Numbered from the stretch's first letter, positions 1 to 9,068 are shown. The stretch is 32,000 nucleotides of DNA from Anabaena azotica FACHB-119 (GCF_014697625.1 NZ_JACJSG010000005.1:68561-100560), one strand, 5' to 3'. Program-made: numbers and translations. Notes: generated by a model not told the origin, from the sequence alone.

Positions 1-1011
1 AAGGGAAAAGTAATTAAACTCTCGGCGACTACATCTAGTGAGGGTAGTCGGGTAGAACAATTGTTAGTCAAGGAGGGAGATAGGGTAAAACCGGGACAAT
101 TGATTGCAATTTTGGATAGCCGCGATCGCTTGGAGGCGGCGCTAAAGGAAGCCCAAGAACAGGTGAAGGTAGCCCAAGCCAACCTCAACCGTACCCAAGC
201 AGGAGCCAAAGGAGGAGAAATTGCAGCCCAACTAGCCACAATTGCCAGATTAGAGGCGGAAGCAAGAGGTAATATTGCCGCGCAACTAGCTACAGTAGCA
301 CGACTAGAAGCCGAAGTCAAAAACGCCCAAGCGGAAAATCAACGCTATCAAACCCTGTATCAACAAGGGGCTGTGTCAGCACAAGAAGGCGATCGCAAGC
401 GGTTAGACTTAGAAACTGCCCAAAAAACCCTAATCGCAGCTCAAGCCGACTTGCAGCGCATCCAAACCAGCAGCCAGCAACAAATCCAACAAGCCAAAGC
501 CACATTAGCACAAATCACCGAAGTTCGGGGAGTAGATGTAGAAGCTGCCAAAGCCGAAGTTAATCGTGCGATCGCCGCCGTCAATGAAGCAAAAGTAGAT
601 TTACAACAAGCCTACGTGCGATGGCCGAAAAAATCAGGAGACTCCTCTAGTGAAGATGCTCAAGTATTTGAGATTCACACCCGTCCAGGGGAATTAGTCT
701 CAACTGATGGGATTGCCGATATTGGACAAACTAACCAAATGTACGTAGTAGCCGAAGTATACGAAAGTGATATCAGCAAAGTCAAACCAGGGCAAAAAGT
801 GCGAATTATTGGTGATTATTTACCCCTAGAAATGCAGGGAAAAGTCGAACGCAAAGGCTTACAAGTACTTCGGCAAAACGTAGTCAACACCGACCCTACT
901 AGCAATGTTGATAACAGAGTAGTTGAAGTCTATATCCGCCTAAATCCTGTATCTAGTAAAACAGCTGCTGACCTAACAAATATGCAGGTTAAAGCAGTTA
1001 TTGAACTGTGA
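1..1011 (+). CDS. devB: DevB-type membrane-fusion (HlyD family) subunit of a tripartite ABC exporter; 5' end lies outside the window
   Basis: Frame 1 is open from nt 1 (KGKVIKLSATTSSEGSRVEQ precedes the listed TTG at 61), so the gene is cut by the window edge. It has a long coiled-coil segment (AQLATIARLEAEARGNIAAQLATVARLEAEV). HlyD/DevB-like motifs follow: IHTRPGE, MYVVAEVYESDISKVKPGQ, VDNRVVEVYIRL. devC and devA homologues lie immediately downstream. Confidence 0.9.
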   Translation, partial: KGKVIKLSATTSSEGSRVEQLLVKEGDRVKPGQLIAILDSRDRLEAALKEAQEQVKVAQANLNRTQAGAKGGEIAAQLATIARLEAEARGNIAAQLATVARLEAEVKNAQAENQRYQTLYQQGAVSAQEGDRKRLDLETAQKTLIAAQADLQRIQTSSQQQIQQAKATLAQITEVRGVDVEAAKAEVNRAIAAVNEAKVDLQQAYVRWPKKSGDSSSEDAQVFEIHTRPGELVSTDGIADIGQTNQMYVVAEVYESDISKVKPGQKVRIIGDYLPLEMQGKVERKGLQVLRQNVVNTDPTSNVDNRVVEVYIRLNPVSSKTAADLTNMQVKAVIEL

Positions 1012-1270
1012 CAGTTATCAGTTATCAGTTATCAGTTATCAGTTATCAGTTATCAGTTGTCAGTTATCAGTTATCAGTTATCAGTTATCAGTTATCAGTT
1101 ATCAGTTATCAGTTATCAGTTGTCAGTTGTCAGTTATCAGTTATCAGTTATCAGTTATCAGTTATCAGTTGTCAGTTGTCAGTTATCAGTTATCAGTTAT
1201 CAGTTATCAGTTATCAGTTATCAGTTATCAGTTATCAGTTATCAGTTGTCAGTTGACAGGTGACAGTTGC
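1012..1270. repeat. STRR-type tandem heptamer array, 37 units (CAGTTAT with CAGTTGT/CAGTTGA/CAGGTGA variants)
   Basis: Counted directly. Units stay in phase from 1012 to 1270 (259 nt = 37 x 7), starting 1 nt after the devB stop codon. The unit has no stop codon in any + frame, which produces three artefactual SYQLSVI ORFs. Confidence 0.97.
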
Positions 1271-1281
1271 TCCTTTTCCCA

Positions 1282-1365
1282 TTCACCCTTCCCCTTTCCC
1301 CGTTCCCCCTTCCCCTTTCCCCCTTCACCCTTCCCCTTTCCCCGTTCCCCCTTCCCCTTTCCCCC
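1282..1365. repeat. Perfect 42-bp tandem duplication inside a ~100-nt pyrimidine-rich tract just upstream of the devC start
   Basis: TTCACCCTTCCCCTTTCCCCGTTCCCCCTTCCCCTTTCCCCC occurs at 1282-1323 and again at 1324-1365. The tract 1271-1369 is almost purely C/T on the + strand. Confidence 0.95.
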
Positions 1366-1369
1366 TCCT

Positions 1370-2536
1370 ATGTTCCACCAACTCCGGCGAAGAACGCCTT
1401 TAGGATGGCTACAACTGAGCCATGAACGCAGTCGGCTGTTAGTAGCATTGTCAGGTATTGCTTTTGCTGACTTGTTAATGTTTATGCAGCTTGGGTTTCA
1501 AGCAGCGCTTTATGACAGTAACACTACATTACATCGCAGTTTACAGGCAGATATTATTGTCATCGGTTCTCAAACTCGCAACTTACAACGCCTTTCTACC
1601 TTTTCCCGTCGGCGACTTTATCAAGCAATGGATGTCCCTGGGGTGAAATCGGCGGAGGCGATGTATGTGAGTAATATGATCTGGAAGAATCCCCAAACAC
1701 GCCGTGATACAGAAATTTTGGTCATCGGGATTAATCCAGATAGACCAGCTGTAGATTTTCCCGAAGTTAATCAAAAACTATCAGAAATTAAGCTACCAGA
1801 TACAGTTATATTTGACCGTGCATCTAGAGGAGACTATCAAGAAACGATCGCTAAACTAGAACAAGGTGAAACTGTCAAAACCGAACTAGAACGGCGTACA
1901 GTGAGGATTAGCGGTCTATTTAAACTAGGGGCTTCTTTTAGTGCTGATGGTACTCTCATTACCAGCGATCAAAACTTCTTACGTTTGTTTCCCAGACAAC
2001 AATCTTCTAGTGTCAGCGTTGGTTTAATTCAGTTGGAACCCAATGTGAATCGTCAACAAGTAGTAGCAGCATTAAAAGCACGTCTATCAGAGGATGTCAA
2101 GGTGCTAACTCATGACGAATTTATTGAATTTGAAAATAATTTTTGGCGTACTAACTCCCCCATAGGATTTATTTTCAGTATCGGGGTATCAATGGGGTTT
2201 GTAGTTGGTGTAATTATTGTTTATCAGGTGTTATCTACAGATGTTCATGCTCATCTGCGAGAGTACGCAACCTTTAAAGCCATTGGTTATCGTCATTACT
2301 ACTTATTAGGTGTAATCTTTGAAGAAGCAGTAATTTTAGCATTGCTAGGCTTTTTCCCTGGCTTAACAGTCTCTTTAGGACTTTATCATTTAACTCGCAC
2401 TGCCACAAACTTACCCATTTACATGACTGCTATCAGGGCATTGCAAGTATTAATCTTAACTATAGTTATGTGTGCAATTTCGGGAGCGATCGCTACTCAC
2501 AAGCTTCAAAGTGCTGACCCAGCAGATATGTTTTAG
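1370..2536 (+). CDS. devC: DevC-type ABC exporter permease (FtsX-like fold); true start at ATG 1370, not at 1001
   Basis: MFHQLRRRTPLGWLQLSHERSRLLVALSGIAFADLLMFMQLGF is a typical DevC N-terminus. A periplasmic loop and C-terminal TM helices follow (IGFIFSIGVSMGFVVGVIIVY, AVILALLGFFPGL, VLILTIVMCAISG). The ATG at 1370 is in frame with the listed ORF. The upstream 123 codons are STRR and C-tract read-through. Confidence 0.9.
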   Translation: MFHQLRRRTPLGWLQLSHERSRLLVALSGIAFADLLMFMQLGFQAALYDSNTTLHRSLQADIIVIGSQTRNLQRLSTFSRRRLYQAMDVPGVKSAEAMYVSNMIWKNPQTRRDTEILVIGINPDRPAVDFPEVNQKLSEIKLPDTVIFDRASRGDYQETIAKLEQGETVKTELERRTVRISGLFKLGASFSADGTLITSDQNFLRLFPRQQSSSVSVGLIQLEPNVNRQQVVAALKARLSEDVKVLTHDEFIEFENNFWRTNSPIGFIFSIGVSMGFVVGVIIVYQVLSTDVHAHLREYATFKAIGYRHYYLLGVIFEEAVILALLGFFPGLTVSLGLYHLTRTATNLPIYMTAIRALQVLILTIVMCAISGAIATHKLQSADPADMF

Positions 2537-2537
2537 T

Positions 2538-2562
2538 GGGGAAAGGGGAAGGGGGAAGGGGG
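2538..2562 (+). other. G-tract run GGGG-AAA-GGGG-AA-GGGGG-AA-GGGGG (G-quadruplex-type motif), complement of the C-tract upstream of devC
   Basis: Four G-runs of 4-5 nt with 2-3 nt loops start 2 nt after the devC stop codon, read directly from the sequence. Confidence 0.8.
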
Positions 2563-2571
2563 AAAAGGAAC

Positions 2572-2620
2572 AACTGTCAACTGATAACTGATAACTGATA
2601 ACTGATAACTGTCAACTGTC
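2572..2620. repeat. STRR heptamer array in inverted orientation (AACTGAT/AACTGTC, 7 units)
   Basis: Seven in-phase heptamers that are the reverse complement of the CAGTTAT family. They end 7 nt before the devA ATG at 2628. Confidence 0.95.
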
Positions 2621-2627
2621 CTCAATT

Positions 2628-3320
2628 ATGCTAAAAGTCATTTCCATTTGGAATCTTGACCACTACTTCGGTGATGGTTCGCTGCGTAAGCAGGTTTTAT
2701 TTAATATTAATCTAGAGATTCGTGCTGGTGAAATTGTGATTTTGACGGGGCCTTCTGGTTCTGGTAAAACCACTTTACTAAACTTGGTGGGGGGATTGCG
2801 ATCGCCCCAGTCTGGTAGTTTACGAGTGTTGGGACAAGAACTTTGTGGTGCTGGTGCGGAAAGATTGGTACAGGCGCGACGGCGTAATGGTTATATCTTT
2901 CAAGGGCATAATTTGCATGGGAGTTTAACCGCACTGCAAAATGTAAAAATGGGGATAGAACTACATCAATACATTGAGTTAGAGGAAATACAAACTCGTG
3001 CAGTGCAAATCTTAGAGCAGGTGGGATTAGGAAACCGTTTACATTACTACCCTGATCAACTTTCAGGAGGTCAAAAACAAAGAGTGGCGATCGCACGTGC
3101 TTTAGTTAGCTATCCGCAAGTTGTATTAGCGGATGAACCCACAGCCGCTTTAGATAGCCAATCCGGGCGAGATGTGGTTAACTTGATGCAGAAACTCGCT
3201 AACGAACAAGACTGTACAATCCTAATGGTAACTCATGATTATCGCATTTTGGATATTGCTGATCGGATTGTACAGATGGAGGATGGGAAGTTAGTTAATT
3301 CTAATTTAGCAGCAGTTTAG
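2628..3320 (+). CDS. devA: DevA-type ABC exporter ATP-binding subunit
   Basis: Walker A GPSGSGKTT, signature LSGGQKQRVAIARAL, Walker B VVLADEPTAALD, H-loop VTHD. About 230 aa and positioned directly after devC. Confidence 0.93.
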   Translation: MLKVISIWNLDHYFGDGSLRKQVLFNINLEIRAGEIVILTGPSGSGKTTLLNLVGGLRSPQSGSLRVLGQELCGAGAERLVQARRRNGYIFQGHNLHGSLTALQNVKMGIELHQYIELEEIQTRAVQILEQVGLGNRLHYYPDQLSGGQKQRVAIARALVSYPQVVLADEPTAALDSQSGRDVVNLMQKLANEQDCTILMVTHDYRILDIADRIVQMEDGKLVNSNLAAV

Positions 3321-3415
3321 CAGGGGATTGGGGGCTGGGGAGATGAGGGAGCAGAGGAGCAGAGGAGCAACCCACCCCTAACCCCTCCCAGGAGGGGAAA
3401 GGAGCAGAAGAGAAC

Positions 3416-3520
3416 AACTGTCAACTGTCACCTGTCAACTGTCAACTGTCACCTGTCAACTGTCAACTGTCACCTGTCACCTGTCACCTGTCACCTGTCA
3501 CCTGTCACCTGTCAACTGTT
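3416..3520. repeat. STRR heptamer array (AACTGTC/ACCTGTC, 15 units) preceded by a G/A-rich tract
   Basis: Fifteen in-phase heptamers counted from 3416. The junction GGAAAGGAGCAGAAGAGAACAACTGTCAACTG resembles the junction downstream of devC. Confidence 0.95.
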
Positions 3521-3682
3521 AACTAAACATTTCACACCATTGTCGTCCTTTTGCAATATGGCTGCCACAACAGCATGGCATATTGATTATTGTATTTGGT
3601 TACAAAATGCTTTTTTTGGGTTCAAAGGTAGGACTTCCTGCCTTTTTTTGTACCAAAATTACTTACTTCACCAAACTTGATC

Positions 3683-3805
3683 AGGACTTACGCAAGTGTC
3701 ACAATTGGTGGTTGGTGCGTGACGCTACAAGTCTCATGACTACGTTCAAATATTATCGCTCCTCACACACCCTACAGAAAAAATATGCCAGTTGCGTAAG
3801 TCCTA
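3683..3805 (+). mobile_element. MITE-like element, family B, copy 1 (123 bp; diverged interior)
   Basis: Termini AGGACTTACGCAAGTG ... CAGTTGCGTAAGTCCT form a 15/16 inverted repeat. The same termini and length occur at 15817-15939. Confidence 0.75.
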
Positions 3806-3844
3806 TTGATATATAGCGGATTGCAATCGGATAGAATACAGATT

Positions 3845-3910
3845 CATCTGCGTCCATCTGCGTACCCTGCGGGAAGGCTGCGCCAACATCTGCGTTCAAT
3901 CATTTTTTCT
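3845..3910. repeat. CATCTGCGT short repeats ending in ATCTGCGTTCAATCATTTTTTCT
   Basis: CATCTGCGT occurs at 3845, 3855 and 3887. A related block with the same ending occurs at 9260-9301. Confidence 0.8.
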
Positions 3911-3951
3911 GTACCTTACTGACTTAAAAACCGCTATAAATTTGGCTGTAA

Positions 3952-4827
3952 TTAATTTTGAATTGTTAATCCAGCTTCTTGAATTGCTGAAAAAGCGGTG
4001 TCTGCAATAATACGATGAGCCTCAGTTGTGGGATGAATCCCATCCCAAAACAGAAATTGGTTGGGGTTCCCACAGGCGTTAGAACCAGATAGACAAGAAC
4101 TACTCACATTAGTAAAGCCAAATGTCGCTGGATTGGTGATAGCATCTCGATATAACGCATTGGCGTTGAAAGTGACAATCTGAAGCTCAGAGTTTTGTTG
4201 AGAGAGTAGCTTGAGCGATCGCCTCAGCCCTTGGTTGTGTTCCTGTGTTAATGTACTTAAACTGGGGGAATTTGCGCCTGTTCGCGTTGCTGGTAGCTGT
4301 CCTAAGTCTGGTAGATTTCCCACGAGGAATTTTTTTGCACCGACTTTGCTTAGGGATGCGATCGCGCCAGTTACATTTTGCACAGGGATACTTGCATTAG
4401 TTACACCTTGCAAATAATCATTTGCTCCCGCCCACAGTACATATAAGCTGTTTGGGTTAGTTTCTTGCTGTGTTTGTGTAAATGATTGCACCTGAGGCAA
4501 TAAACTGGGTACATAAGCGTTAGCAAGATTGCCTGTAGTTGATCCTCCATAGGCAAAATTGTTAGTTTGCTTGGCGGTAAGATGTAAGCGATCGCTCAAA
4601 TACTCAACCCACACCCGACCATTGGAGTAACGTCCCTGATAGTACGCTGGCTGGGGTGGATAAATTCCCCCAGTCGCCCGAAATACCATACCTGCATCTG
4701 ACAGGCTATCCCCAAACACATACATTTCGCTGATGGGGTGAGTGTTATCGATAAATTTGGCAGATACAACCATGATAAAAACTAGGAATGAAATTACTAT
4801 TACAGAAAACAGATTCTTTTTTTGCAT
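3952..4827 (-). CDS. Secreted GDSL/SGNH-family lipase or acylhydrolase
   Basis: N-terminal hydrophobic signal or anchor (LFSVIVISFLVFIMVVSA). Block I is YVFGDSLSDAG, block III is WAGANDY, and block V is FWDGIHPT, matching the GDSL esterase/lipase pattern. Confidence 0.88.
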   Translation of the reverse strand: MQKKNLFSVIVISFLVFIMVVSAKFIDNTHPISEMYVFGDSLSDAGMVFRATGGIYPPQPAYYQGRYSNGRVWVEYLSDRLHLTAKQTNNFAYGGSTTGNLANAYVPSLLPQVQSFTQTQQETNPNSLYVLWAGANDYLQGVTNASIPVQNVTGAIASLSKVGAKKFLVGNLPDLGQLPATRTGANSPSLSTLTQEHNQGLRRSLKLLSQQNSELQIVTFNANALYRDAITNPATFGFTNVSSSCLSGSNACGNPNQFLFWDGIHPTTEAHRIIADTAFSAIQEAGLTIQN

Positions 4828-5483
4828 TAATCTTTCCCAAAAACCCCAGAGACTGTGGTTTTGTCAACTAACTACAAATGTGAAATTTTAAGTTTGTAAC
4901 TAATCGCTTCTCTAAGCTAACAACCCAACTCAAGGCTTGGTGAGTAAAACCGAATAATTGCAGGTGTGGATTTTCCCAAATGTTTTACTTGATATTCAAA
5001 TAAATGAATATACTTCTGTCTGGTATATTGGTAAGGCGATGAAGTTACCATAATGTAACATCCACTGTTCAATCAAGAATTTCAGAATAAACATTATAAA
5101 ATAATTTTAGGTTTTTCTTTATATATGCAGATATTGTTCTTCAATCTGCATAATTTTGTGTTATTGCTAACTTCAGACTTGTTAATTGCTGTTGAGATAT
5201 CTTGCTTGAGTAGAAGACATAGTTAGAACTCTAGACAGATAATTCTCAGGAAAAATTTTTCTACACTAAAAGTGTAACAAAATGTTAAGATTGTGTAATA
5301 CTGGAAAATGCCAGCTATCTAAATAGATTTTTAGTGACTGCCAATTTTACCGAAAATTAGGTAATAACTAGATTGATATCTTAAAGCTAACTTAAAGCTA
5401 AAAAAATAGCAAGCAGGAGTGTATCTGGAATAACTACATAATTTAACTTGTAAATCATCAACAAATAGTCACGGTAGAAAAGC

Positions 5484-6269
5484 ATGGTTCAATGTCAAAC
5501 ATCAACTCTGCATTCAGAAAAATCAGTTCTGATGGCATCAATAATAAAAGAGGATAAAGACCTGAATAAAGGTATATTTGTTGCAGGGCTTATTATATGT
5601 GTATGGGCGATTAGTCTAATTTTCTTAATCTCATTAGATACGACCAAAATGAATGCAGTATCAATAGGAATAGCTATACTTTGGCAAACATTCCTATATA
5701 CAGGGTTATTTATTAATGCTCATGATGCCATGCACGGTGTAGTTTATCCTAAAAATGCTAATATAAACAATTTCATAGGTAAATTCTCTCTAACATTGTA
5801 TGGGCTTTTATCTTATAAAGATTTATTAAAAAAGCATTGGCAACATCATCGCTATCCAGGTAGTGAATTAGATCCTGATTATCACAATGTTTATCCTCAA
5901 AACTTCTTTCTCTGGTATTGCCATTTTATGAAGTCCTATTGGAGTTGGACACAATTTTTTGGATTAGTTTTAATTTTTCAGGGACTAATAAATTTGTTTA
6001 AAATGCCCCAAGAAAATTTAATCTTATTTTGGATGATTCCTTCTACCTTAAGTTCAATACAGTTATTTTATTTCGGCACATTTTTACCTCATAGAAGGCT
6101 AGAAGGTGGATATACTAACCGCCATTGTGCGCGTAGTATTGGATTTCCTGTATTTTGGTCTTTTATTACCTGCTATCATTTCGGCTACCACGAAGAACAT
6201 CACGAATATCCTCATCTTCCCTGGTGGAAATTACCTCAAGCATACAATACAAAAACAGATGTAATTTAG
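5484..6269 (+). CDS. crtW: Beta-carotene ketolase CrtW (membrane di-iron oxygenase)
   Basis: Histidine boxes HDAMHG, HWQHH and HHEYPHLPWW. The overall sequence closely resembles the Nostoc punctiforme CrtW as I remember it (MVQCQ...LHSEK N-terminus). An alternative start at the Met of MASIIKED cannot be excluded. Confidence 0.9.
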   Translation: MVQCQTSTLHSEKSVLMASIIKEDKDLNKGIFVAGLIICVWAISLIFLISLDTTKMNAVSIGIAILWQTFLYTGLFINAHDAMHGVVYPKNANINNFIGKFSLTLYGLLSYKDLLKKHWQHHRYPGSELDPDYHNVYPQNFFLWYCHFMKSYWSWTQFFGLVLIFQGLINLFKMPQENLILFWMIPSTLSSIQLFYFGTFLPHRRLEGGYTNRHCARSIGFPVFWSFITCYHFGYHEEHHEYPHLPWWKLPQAYNTKTDVI

Positions 6270-6326
6270 TGGTATGGCAAGGTTAGGCTTAAATAAATTA
6301 ACGCCGTACCTCATTACCGCTCTTAC

Positions 6327-6373
6327 GGGCATCTTGCTCGTCCTAAATTCTGGGCGGACAAGATGCCCTTTTT
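6327..6373 (+). terminator. Candidate intrinsic terminator of crtW
   Basis: GGGCATCTTG (6327-6336) pairs with CAAGATGCCC (6359-6368), and TTTTT follows at 6369-6373. It lies about 60 nt downstream of the crtW stop codon. Confidence 0.6.
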
Positions 6374-6458
6374 ACACAAAAATTTGGGATGTTTTTTATT
6401 TGCAAGTCCTTTAAAGGGTATAGGGGTATAGGGGAAAGACTAAAAGCTAAATTCTTCC

Positions 6459-6611
6459 CTTATATCAAGTTCGGCTAATTACTTATAATATGGTTGTTTT
6501 GGTCGGTAATTGGTAATAGCTAATAGGTAATTGTTGTGAGCCATTACCGATTACCGATTACCTATTACCAGCCCCCAATATATGATAAGTATTTAAGCGG
6601 ACATGATATTA
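6459..6611. mobile_element. MITE-like palindromic element, family A, copy 1 (153 bp)
   Basis: Identical to 9105-9257 except one base (C at 6602 versus T at 9248), compared base by base. Internally palindromic: GGTAATTGGTAATAGCTAATAGGTAAT faces ATTACCGATTACCGATTACCTATTACC, and the outer arms are also imperfectly inverted. Confidence 0.85.
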
Positions 6612-6707
6612 CACCCTGTCTTAACAGACTACTTTGGTGCATAAGTCCTAAATATGAAACAATTTAATTTCTGGAAGTCCTTGAGTGATCTACTAACGGA
6701 ATAGTGA

Positions 6708-9026
6708 ATGAGTGCAGAACGCAACTTTGCCTACCAATATCAACCAGGAGGAAGCCTCCCAGTTAATGCTCCAACTTATGTGACGCGACAGGCAGACTCT
6801 GAGCTTTATCAAGCTTTGTACAGAGGCGAGTATTGCTACGTCCTCAACTCTCGACAGATGGGCAAATCTTCACTCAGGGTACAGACGATGAGTAAGTTAC
6901 AAGCACAAGGAATTGTCTGTACTGAAATCGAGCTATCAGGAATTGGTAGTCAGCAGATTACAGCCCAGCAGTGGTATGGAGGTATCATTCAAGAATTGAT
7001 CAGTGGATTACAACTTCAAGTCAATAGGCGTAACTGGTTGCGCGAACGTGAGGATCTTTCCCCGGTGCAGTGCTTGGGCGAGTTCATTGAAACTGTGCTA
7101 TTGGCTCAGATTCATCAACCCTTGGTAGTCTTTATAGATGAAATCGATAGCGTTCTCAATTTAAAGTTTCCCACAGATGATTTTTTCGCTTTATTGCGTA
7201 ATTGCTATGATAAGCGGGCGACTATACCTGAATATAGGCGTATCACCTTTGTTTTCTTAGGAGTGGCAACACCAGCAAATTTGATCGCCGACCCCAATTC
7301 TACCCCCTTTAATATTGGTCAGGCAATTGAATTGAAAGGTTTTCAACTGCATGAGAGCTATATTTTAGCCCAAGGACTAGCCCACAAAGCGAGTAATTCT
7401 CAAGCAGTGTTGAAAGAAATATTGTATTGGACAGGGGGACAGCCATTTCTCACTCAGAAACTCTGTTGGTTAATTGCCAATTCTGAAATTTTTATCCCAG
7501 CAGGAGACGAGGCTAAGACTGTTGAGCAATTAGTACAGAAGCAAATCATTGAAAATTGGGAATCTCAAGATGAGCCAGAACATTTGCGGACAATACGTAA
7601 TCGCCTTTTGAGAAGCGAAAGATCTAGTGTAGAGTTGCTGTTGCTGTCGCAGCAAATTTTGCAGCGAGGTAAAGTTGTCGCTCAAGATTCTCCTGTTGAA
7701 TTAGAGTTGCGACTGTCTGGTTTGGTAGTCAAGCAGCAGGGAAATTTAACCATCAAAAACCGGATTTACCAATTAATCTTTAATTTGGATTGGGTAGAAA
7801 CACAGTTAAAAGTTTTGGGTGTCTCTTCCCCAACAACCTCAATTTGGACAGTATTAGTAGCGAGTGTAGCTGTTGCCGCTTTCGTGATGGGACTGCGAGT
7901 GCTAGGAATTTGGCAATCACTTGAGCTACAAGCTTTCGACCATCTGATGCGCCGTCAGCCGCCGGAGTTACCAGAACGGCGTTTGTTAGTAGTTGGAGGA
8001 GATGAAGCTGATATTAGGCAATATGGCTATCCCATCCCTGATGCCATTCTTGCCCAGGTATTAGACAAGCTCAATCAGTATAATCCAAAAGTTATCGGCT
8101 TGGACATAGTGCGCGATCGCCCCATACCACCAGGGCAGGCAGCATTCATCAAGCATCAACAACACAATCAAAACTTAATTGCCGTATGTGCAACTCATCA
8201 AGACTCCAACCAAAGTATTGCACCTCCGCCACAAATTCCCGCCGCACAAGTCGGCTTTGCAGACTTATATGCTGATAACCTGGGAAAGAATCAGGACTAT
8301 ACCATTCGTCGCTATCTTTTATCCCGCACTCCCAACCCTAACTCGGCGGCTTCCCCTTGTGCTACCAACTATTCTTTCGGTTTTCAGGTGGCATACCGCT
8401 ACTTACGCGCTAAAGGTATTGTTGTCAAGGCTCAAGCAGACAACTGGATATTTGGATCTATTATCAGTAAACGCTTGGAGTCCCGCACTGGTGGGTATCA
8501 AAACTTGGATGCGCGAGGCAACCAATTACTACTTTATTACCGCAACACTGTCGATCCCAAAAAGATAAGTCAACAAGTTTCTTTTAGAGATGTACTCAGC
8601 CATAAATTTAACCCAAATTGGGTTCAGGGACGAGTTGTTCTCATTGGCATGACGGCGACAAGCATCCAAGATTTTCACGATACACCTTTGGGGAGAATGC
8701 GGGGGCTATACGTCCATGCACATTTAGTCAGCCAAATTTTAAGTGCTGTAGAGGATAATCGACCTTTGTTGTGGTGGTTGCCCTTATGGGGAGATGGGTT
8801 GTGGGTTGTATTTTGGTCAACCGCAGGAGGGATAATTGTTTGGCAGTGCAAGGTGTCGCTATACCGAGGGCTGGGTATTAGCATCTGCACCTTGGTGCTA
8901 TATGGGCTTTGCTGGTTTAGCTTCTCCAAAGGTGGGTGGCTACCGTTTGTCCCATCAGCCTTAGCTTTATTTGCTACGGGGGGAAGCATAGTAGCTAAAG
9001 AAAGGTTTTCTCAGTTGCAGAAATAG
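6708..9026 (+). CDS. Membrane protein: N-terminal AAA-like (PF14516-type) NTPase, one TM, periplasmic CHASE2 sensor domain, three C-terminal TMs
   Basis: N-terminal region [26 protein letters not shown], then [15 protein letters not shown] (Walker A-like) and [11 protein letters not shown] (Walker B), as in cyanobacterial AAA-like domain proteins. TM segment [29 protein letters not shown]2 hallmarks [48 protein letters not shown] and [20 protein letters not shown]. Three closing TM helices follow. Confidence 0.85.
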   Translation: MSAERNFAYQYQPGGSLPVNAPTYVTRQADSELYQALYRGEYCYVLNSRQMGKSSLRVQTMSKLQAQGIVCTEIELSGIGSQQITAQQWYGGIIQELISGLQLQVNRRNWLREREDLSPVQCLGEFIETVLLAQIHQPLVVFIDEIDSVLNLKFPTDDFFALLRNCYDKRATIPEYRRITFVFLGVATPANLIADPNSTPFNIGQAIELKGFQLHESYILAQGLAHKASNSQAVLKEILYWTGGQPFLTQKLCWLIANSEIFIPAGDEAKTVEQLVQKQIIENWESQDEPEHLRTIRNRLLRSERSSVELLLLSQQILQRGKVVAQDSPVELELRLSGLVVKQQGNLTIKNRIYQLIFNLDWVETQLKVLGVSSPTTSIWTVLVASVAVAAFVMGLRVLGIWQSLELQAFDHLMRRQPPELPERRLLVVGGDEADIRQYGYPIPDAILAQVLDKLNQYNPKVIGLDIVRDRPIPPGQAAFIKHQQHNQNLIAVCATHQDSNQSIAPPPQIPAAQVGFADLYADNLGKNQDYTIRRYLLSRTPNPNSAASPCATNYSFGFQVAYRYLRAKGIVVKAQADNWIFGSIISKRLESRTGGYQNLDARGNQLLLYYRNTVDPKKISQQVSFRDVLSHKFNPNWVQGRVVLIGMTATSIQDFHDTPLGRMRGLYVHAHLVSQILSAVEDNRPLLWWLPLWGDGLWVVFWSTAGGIIVWQCKVSLYRGLGISICTLVLYGLCWFSFSKGGWLPFVPSALALFATGGSIVAKERFSQLQK

Positions 9027-9068
9027 TATCATCAGGCTGAAATCGTTAGAGGATGTTTGGAAACCACT

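Noticed and set aside
1001-1369. N-terminal 123 codons of the listed 511-aa ORF, plus ORFs 1008-1256 and 1057-1263 (SYQLSVI repeats)
   Set aside because: All three + frames are open only because the CAGTTAT heptamer and the C/T tract contain no stop codons. The DevC homology begins at the ATG at 1370. These are repeat read-through artefacts.
2707-3096. Antisense or alternate-frame ORFs nested in large genes (for example 2707-3096, 8179-8568, 8675-8989, 13403-13750, 14237-14536, 19259-19507, 23087-23497, 23556-23903, 25970-26209)
   Set aside because: Each lies wholly inside a gene with strong family motifs on the other frame or strand. None shows recognisable motifs.
1012-3520. Tandem short repeats as a possible CRISPR array
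   Set aside because: The units are 7 nt and contiguous with no unique spacers. This is STRR-type satellite DNA typical of heterocystous cyanobacteria, not CRISPR.
3583-3816. 77-aa ORF downstream of devA
   Set aside because: Its second half is a translation of the family-B MITE copy (3683-3805). I see no recognisable protein features.
4828-5483. 656-nt AT-rich divergent intergenic region between the GDSL gene and crtW, with an ATGCAGAT-N11-ATCTGCAT palindrome (5125-5151) and a CTTAAAGCTAA x2 repeat (~5383-5404)
   Set aside because: I found no ORF, no recognisable NtcA (GTA-N8-TAC) site and no ncRNA signature. The small palindromes could be chance in AT-rich DNA. It is noted but not called.
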